From assembly GCA_046484865.1 (NCBI GenBank), contig JAWOID010000018.1:32001-96000 (forward strand): 64,000 nucleotides of DNA, given 5' to 3'. The first letter of the stretch is position 1. Every line of letters begins with the position of its first letter. The translations under genes were made by a program, and so were the position numbers. Positions 57,708 through 64,000 of this stretch are shown piece after piece. The stretch is from Candidatus Krumholzibacteriia bacterium (GTDB lineage: Bacteria; Krumholzibacteriota; Krumholzibacteriia; LZORAL124-64-63). The notes under the pieces were generated by a model, which saw only the letters and a list, made by a program, of their open reading frames with translations, was not told where the DNA came from and ran no database searches.

Positions 57708-57790
57708 GACTCTCCTCCTTGCTCCGGTCGCTGCTCTGCCGTCCGGGACCCCGACGGGCCCGGCTGCCTGTTGGCGGCGTCGCTGTCGGT

Positions 57791-57806
57791 TGCAACGGAT
57801 GTGCCA
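57791..57806 (-). promoter_or_regulatory. sigma54 promoter of pilA
   Basis: TGGCAC-ATCCG-TTGCA. Confidence 0.85.
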
Positions 57807-57995
57807 TACCCGCGCTTCCTCCCTCTTCTCCCCCGGCCCGTTGCAAACATTGAATTTGAGGCCGGTTCGCGGTCTTCCGGCCGGCCGCCGCCCGACCGTC
57901 CGGACGTGCAGGATGCACGTGGACCGGGAAATGTGCACCGGTCTGCCCGGCAAGAGCCGTCCGGCCGGGGAACCCGCCGGCCGGTCCTGGAACCC

Positions 57996-59468
<1,473 letters not shown>

Positions 59469-59541
59469 GGCGTCGCTCCTTCGCTGCTGCTTCGTCTCGC
59501 TGGGGTTCTGCGGAATCACGTTCGTCTCCTTCGGGCGCGCC

Positions 59542-61263
59542 TCACACGGCCGCGGTCTCGCGCGGTCGGACGCCCGCTTCCGTGCCGGCCGTGGCGACCG
59601 GCGCCGCCAGCGGGTCTTCCTCGGGGCGCGGCAGCCGCACCACGAACAGTGCACCGCCCTCGGGCGGGTTCTCGGCCTCCACGGTGCCCCCGTGGGCGTG
59701 GGCGATCCGGGCCACCATGGGCAGCCCCAGTCCCGTGCCGTCCTTCTTGGTGGTCATGAACGGATCGAAGATCCGCTCGGCGACGTCCGCGTCGATCCCC
59801 GGTCCCCCGTCGGAGACCCGGATCTCGCAGCTCTCGCCGGCGGCGCCGAGCACCTCGATGCGCAGGCGTCCGCGGTACCCCATGGCCTCGCAGGCATTGA
59901 GCGCCAGGTTGAGGAGCAACTGCACCATCAGCTCCGGATCCATGGGGAACGCCAGGTCGCCGGGTTCCACCGCGCAGCTCAGCTCGACCGCGCCGCCGTG
60001 TGCGCTCACGTCCTGCCGCACCTGCAGCGCCACCTCGTCCAGGAACTCCGCGCAATCGACGACCCGCCGGCTGGGCGGACGCAGCCGCGCGAACTGGAGG
60101 AAGTGGTTGATGATCATGTTGACCCGCGCGCTCTCCTTGAGGATGAGATCGAGGAGTTGCGCCTGGTTGCCCTCGAGCTTCAGCTCCGACGCGAGGATCT
60201 CGACGCTCCCGCGGATGCTGCCCAGCGGATTGCGGATCTCGTGGGCGATGCTCGCCGCCAGCTCGCCGACGCCCGCCAGACGGTCGGCCTTGCGCAGGTG
60301 CTCGCGCATGCGCTGCACCTCGGTGAGGTCGGTGAAGATCGCGACGGCACCGCAGATCTCGCCGTCTCCGTCCTCCAGGTAGTTCACCGTCACGCCCAGG
60401 GGAACCTGCCGGTCGCCGCGCTGAAGCGGCAGTTCGGCCCGCCGCAGGGGCGGCCCGGCGGCCGCCACGTCGAGGATGCCGGCGGCCAGCGCCTCGCCGC
60501 CCGGGCCGAGCGCCGGTTGCAGGAGCTGGCCGAGCACCTCGTCCGCCCGCACCTGCAGGAGCCGGCAGGCCGCCGGGTTGATGCGGGTGACGCGACCCGA
60601 CAGGTCCACCGTCACCAGCCCGCTGCTGAGGTTGTCGAGGATGCTGCGCACCTCGGTCCGCGTGCGCGCCACCTGATGCGCTGCGTGCTCCTGCAGGCGC
60701 CGGCGCTGGGAGCTGCGGCTGGCCAGCTCGCCGCCCACCATGCCGACCACCAGGAACAGCCCCACGTGCAGGAAGGTCACGAGCAGCTCGGTGCCGCCGG
60801 TGTAGGCCAGCCCGCTGGCCGTGCCGGAGAGCCAGCCGCCGAGCGCCAGGCCCGCGTGGCCACCGCCGGTGAGGACCGCCGCCAGCCCCGCCACCATCAG
60901 GGCGGCACGCGGGCCGAGGAACGACGCGGCCAGCACGATGATCAGGCAGTGGAGAGCGGGGAACGCGCTGTGCGGTCCGCCGCTGAGATGCACCAGCAGC
61001 CCGACCGCGATCGTGTCCACGGCCAGTTGCGCGCCGAGCAGCGGTCGTTCCGGCACGCCTGCCCGGCCCAGGTGCCAGGCAACTCCGAGACTCGCGTACA
61101 GCGCCAGCAGCGTGAGAACCAGACCCCGATCGAGAACCGGGCCGCCCGCCAGCACGCTCGCCAGCGTGCCGGCTCCGGTGAGGAAGATCGCGAGCATGAC
61201 CCGCCACAGGAGCAGATGCCCCAGTCGGTCCCGCTCGGCGCGATTGCGGACGGCCGCGGCCAT
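59542..61263 (-). CDS. pilS: Sensor histidine kinase
   Basis: About 6 N-terminal TMs, PAS domain, AHEIRNPL, NLALNA, DGGPG, GTGLGL. Confidence 0.9.
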   Translation of the reverse strand: MAAAVRNRAERDRLGHLLLWRVMLAIFLTGAGTLASVLAGGPVLDRGLVLTLLALYASLGVAWHLGRAGVPERPLLGAQLAVDTIAVGLLVHLSGGPHSAFPALHCLIIVLAASFLGPRAALMVAGLAAVLTGGGHAGLALGGWLSGTASGLAYTGGTELLVTFLHVGLFLVVGMVGGELASRSSQRRRLQEHAAHQVARTRTEVRSILDNLSSGLVTVDLSGRVTRINPAACRLLQVRADEVLGQLLQPALGPGGEALAAGILDVAAAGPPLRRAELPLQRGDRQVPLGVTVNYLEDGDGEICGAVAIFTDLTEVQRMREHLRKADRLAGVGELAASIAHEIRNPLGSIRGSVEILASELKLEGNQAQLLDLILKESARVNMIINHFLQFARLRPPSRRVVDCAEFLDEVALQVRQDVSAHGGAVELSCAVEPGDLAFPMDPELMVQLLLNLALNACEAMGYRGRLRIEVLGAAGESCEIRVSDGGPGIDADVAERIFDPFMTTKKDGTGLGLPMVARIAHAHGGTVEAENPPEGGALFVVRLPRPEEDPLAAPVATAGTEAGVRPRETAAV

Positions 61264-61265
61264 CT

Positions 61266-62492
61266 CTAGCTCCCCCCGACGATCTGCCCCATCTTGAACA
61301 TGGGCAGGTACATGGCGATGAGCATGCCGCCCACCATCGTGCCCATCAGCACGATCATCAGGGGTTCGATGGCGGCGGTCAGGGCCTCCACGGCCGCGTC
61401 CACCTCGTCGTCGTAGAAATCGGCGATCTTGGCGAGCATCTCGTCGAGGGCACCGGTCTGCTCGCCGATGCCGATCATCTGCACGACCATGGGCGGGAAC
61501 ACCTCGCTCGCCGCCAGTGGTTCGGCGATGGTGTCGCCCTGGCTGATGCTGCGCGACGTACTCTCGATGGCGTGCTGAAGGACCATGTTGCCGGCCGTCT
61601 TCGCGGTGATCTCGAGCGCCTGCAGGATGGGCACGCCAGAGCCGATCAGCGTGCCGAGCGTGCGCGTGAAGCGCGACACGGCCGACTTGCGCAGCACGTT
61701 CCCGATGACCGGGATCCGGAGCGAGAACCGGTCGGTCTGCAGACGACCGACCGCCGTGGCGCGGTAGCGCCGGAACCCGTAGAACGCGCCGACCGAACCC
61801 AGGACGAGCGCCCACCAGTACCCGCGCAGGAACACGGAGATGCCCATCACCACCCGCGTGGGTCCCGGCAGTTCACCGCCGAAATCCTCGAACATCTTCG
61901 CGAACACAGGGATCACGAACAGGAGCATGAAGACGCAGGCGCCCACCGCCACGGTGAGCACGATGCTGGGATACAGCATCGCGCCCTTGACCTTGCGGGC
62001 GAGAGCGTCGGCCTTTTCCAGGAACACCGCCAGGCGCCCCAGGATCACGTCGAGGATGCCTCCCGCCTCGCCGGCGGCGATCATGTTGACGAAGAGGTCG
62101 GAGAACACGTTGGGGTGCTTGCCGAGGCTCTCCGCCAGGGTCGAGCCGCCCTCCACGTCCAGCATGACCTGGTTGATGGTCTGCTTGAAGAAGGGCTTCG
62201 TCTGCTGGCGGCCCAGCACGTCCATGCACTGCACGAGCGGCAGGCCGGCGTTCACCATCGTGGCGAACTGCCGGGTGAAGACGCAGAGGTCCTTCACGCT
62301 CACGCCCTTCTTCCGCAGGCCGCGCAGCGGGATCTCCTTGGGCTTCTTCTTGATGGAGGTGATGGTGACGCGTCGCTTCCGCAGGTACTCGGAGACCTGC
62401 CGGCGATCCTCGGCCGCGTACTCGCCGGAGAGCACCTCGCCCTTCGGCGACTTGCCCGTCCAGACGTAGGTCGAAGTGGTGGTGGCCGCCAC
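61266..62492 (-). CDS. pilC: Type IV pilus platform protein
   Basis: FTRQFATMVNAGLPL, AGEAGGIL, GEQTGAL, IEPLMI, AMYLPMF; GTG after GGAGG. Confidence 0.95.
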   Translation of the reverse strand: MAATTTSTYVWTGKSPKGEVLSGEYAAEDRRQVSEYLRKRRVTITSIKKKPKEIPLRGLRKKGVSVKDLCVFTRQFATMVNAGLPLVQCMDVLGRQQTKPFFKQTINQVMLDVEGGSTLAESLGKHPNVFSDLFVNMIAAGEAGGILDVILGRLAVFLEKADALARKVKGAMLYPSIVLTVAVGACVFMLLFVIPVFAKMFEDFGGELPGPTRVVMGISVFLRGYWWALVLGSVGAFYGFRRYRATAVGRLQTDRFSLRIPVIGNVLRKSAVSRFTRTLGTLIGSGVPILQALEITAKTAGNMVLQHAIESTSRSISQGDTIAEPLAASEVFPPMVVQMIGIGEQTGALDEMLAKIADFYDDEVDAAVEALTAAIEPLMIVLMGTMVGGMLIAMYLPMFKMGQIVGGS

Positions 62493-62511
62493 GATGGTTC
62501 CTCCCTCTCGC

Positions 62512-63588
62512 TCAGCGTCCGGCGCTGACCGGTTCACCGAGCATCTGCCGCAACTCGGGTACGTCCGGGCTCCGCCCGTACGCCTGGTCCTCGGAGATCC
62601 ACTTGTTCACCAGCGCCTGGTAGAGCGACTGGTTCATGGTCTGCATGCCGTACTTCTGCCCGGCCTGGATGAGGCCGTAGATCTGGTGGGTCTTGTTGTC
62701 GCGGATCATGGCCTTGATGGCCGGAGTGCAGACCATGACCTCCAGGCAGAGCACCCGGCCCGCGCCTCGCGCCCGCGGGATGAGTTGCTGGGTGATCACG
62801 CCGGCCAGGCAGAACGACAGCTGCGAGCGCACCTGGTTCTGCTGCTCCGGCGGGAAGACGTCGATGATGCGGTTGACCGACTCGAAGGTGCTGTTCGTGT
62901 GCAGCGTGGCCATGGCCAGGTGGCCCGTCTCTGCGATCGTCAGGGCCGCGGAGATGGTCTCGCGGTCGCGCATCTCGCCGATGAGGATGACGTCCGGATC
63001 CTGGCGCAGCACGTACTTCAGCGCGGCGCAGAAGTTCTTGGTGTCGTTGTTCACCTCGCGCTGGTTCACGATGCACCCCTTGTGCTGGTGCACGTACTCG
63101 ATCGGGTCCTCGATGGTGATGATGTGGCCGTTGCGCTGGGTGTTGATCGAATCCACCATCGTCGCCAGCGTGGTCGACTTGCCGCTGCCCGTGGGACCGG
63201 TCACCAGCACCAGCCCCTGGGTGCGGGCGATCAGATCGCGACACACCTGAGGCAGCCCCAGTTCCTCGAACGAGTGGATGGTGTAGGGGATCTGCCGGAT
63301 GGCCATCGAGGTGACGCCGCGCTGCAGGAAGACGTTCGCGCGGAAGCGGCTGATTCCCTGCACTCCGAACGAGAAGTCCAGCTCCTTCTCCGTCTCGAAC
63401 CGCTTCTTCTGCTCCTCGTTGAGGATGCTGTACGCCAGTCGGCGCGTGTCGTCGCCGGTGAGGACGGGGAAATCGGTGCCGAACACGCGCCCGTCCACCC
63501 GCAGCTGCGGGGACAGGGCGGCGGTGATGTGGAGGTCGCTGGCGCCCTTGTTCACCATCTCCTCCAGCAGTTCTCTCATGCCGACCAA
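62512..63588 (-). CDS. pilT: Type IV pilus retraction ATPase
   Basis: ASDLHI, GPTGSGKST, TIEDPIE, LRQDPD, TGHL, AIKAMIRD (AIRNLIRE variant), GMQT. Confidence 0.95.
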   Translation of the reverse strand: MVGMRELLEEMVNKGASDLHITAALSPQLRVDGRVFGTDFPVLTGDDTRRLAYSILNEEQKKRFETEKELDFSFGVQGISRFRANVFLQRGVTSMAIRQIPYTIHSFEELGLPQVCRDLIARTQGLVLVTGPTGSGKSTTLATMVDSINTQRNGHIITIEDPIEYVHQHKGCIVNQREVNNDTKNFCAALKYVLRQDPDVILIGEMRDRETISAALTIAETGHLAMATLHTNSTFESVNRIIDVFPPEQQNQVRSQLSFCLAGVITQQLIPRARGAGRVLCLEVMVCTPAIKAMIRDNKTHQIYGLIQAGQKYGMQTMNQSLYQALVNKWISEDQAYGRSPDVPELRQMLGEPVSAGR

Positions 63589-63634
63589 CGCAGTCTCCTC
63601 CCGGGATAGCGGAGCCCGGCGGCCCCGGTCGTGT

Positions 63635-64000
63635 TCAATCGACCACCGCCGTCTCGCGCAGGACCTCTTCCACCGTGGTGATACCCTTCTGGATCTTGAG
63701 CAGACCGTCCTCGCGCAGGGTGAGCATGCCCTGCTCGCGCGCCTTGCGACGCATCTCCGCGGTGGAGGCGCGGTCGAGGATCATCTCGCGGATCTCGGAC
63801 GTGATCGGCATGACCTCGTAGAGGCCCTGCCGGCCCTTGTAGCCGGCGCCGCCGCAGCGGTCGCAGCCCTCGCCCTTGTAGGCCTTGGCGCCCGGCGGCA
63901 GTCCGATCTCCCGCAACGCCTCCTCGGGCACGCGCATCTCCGCCTTGCAGTTGGTGCAGATGCGCCGCACCAGCCGCTGCGCCATGATCAGGATCGTGGA
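63635..64000 (-). CDS. pilB: Type IV pilus extension ATPase, 3' end only
   Basis: AQRLVRRICTNC, GCDRCGGAGYKGR, GMLTLREDG, GITTVEEV. Confidence 0.9.
   Translation of the reverse strand, partial: STILIMAQRLVRRICTNCKAEMRVPEEALREIGLPPGAKAYKGEGCDRCGGAGYKGRQGLYEVMPITSEIREMILDRASTAEMRRKAREQGMLTLREDGLLKIQKGITTVEEVLRETAVVD

Overview
A very GC-rich core-genome segment of a diderm, LPS-producing bacterium. The FISYAVWWIRQ-type short sigma70, DUF4837 and DUF3467 suggest an FCB-group lineage such as Krumholzibacteriota/Latescibacterota (inference). Almost everything is on the minus strand. In window order: ispA, folD, rny, 6S RNA, zapA, zapB-like, pheT, pheS, rplT, rpmI, infC, thrS, tRNA-Val; a short sigma70; an orphan dnaK; a glycosyltransferase locus split by a tRNA Gly-Cys-Leu cluster; ino1 and an MBL hydrolase (+ strand); an orphan ParA, OM beta-barrel, DUF4837, anti-sigma and ECF sigma block; a TPR protein; rnc-fabF-acpP-fabG-fabD-plsX-rpmF (no fabH); ndk, sucD, sucC and a COG2403 P-loop enzyme; split hldE; an lpxL-like gene, dprA, obgE, coaD, rsmD, aroK; and a Myxococcus/Geobacter-type type IVa pilus locus (cut off within pilB) with three sigma54 promoters and three paralogous pilins. 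I saw no mobile elements or CRISPR arrays. The strongest leads are: (1) in all four tRNA genes the 5' leader pairs with the discriminator-CC end, with covariation; (2) an ECF/anti-sigma/DUF4837/OMP/ParA module with a shared GGAAC-N17-GTT motif; (3) a possible substrate-level phosphorylation cluster (ArcE-like, sucCD, ndk); (4) a pilin triplication that includes an apparently non-cleavable paralog. None is proven novel from sequence alone.
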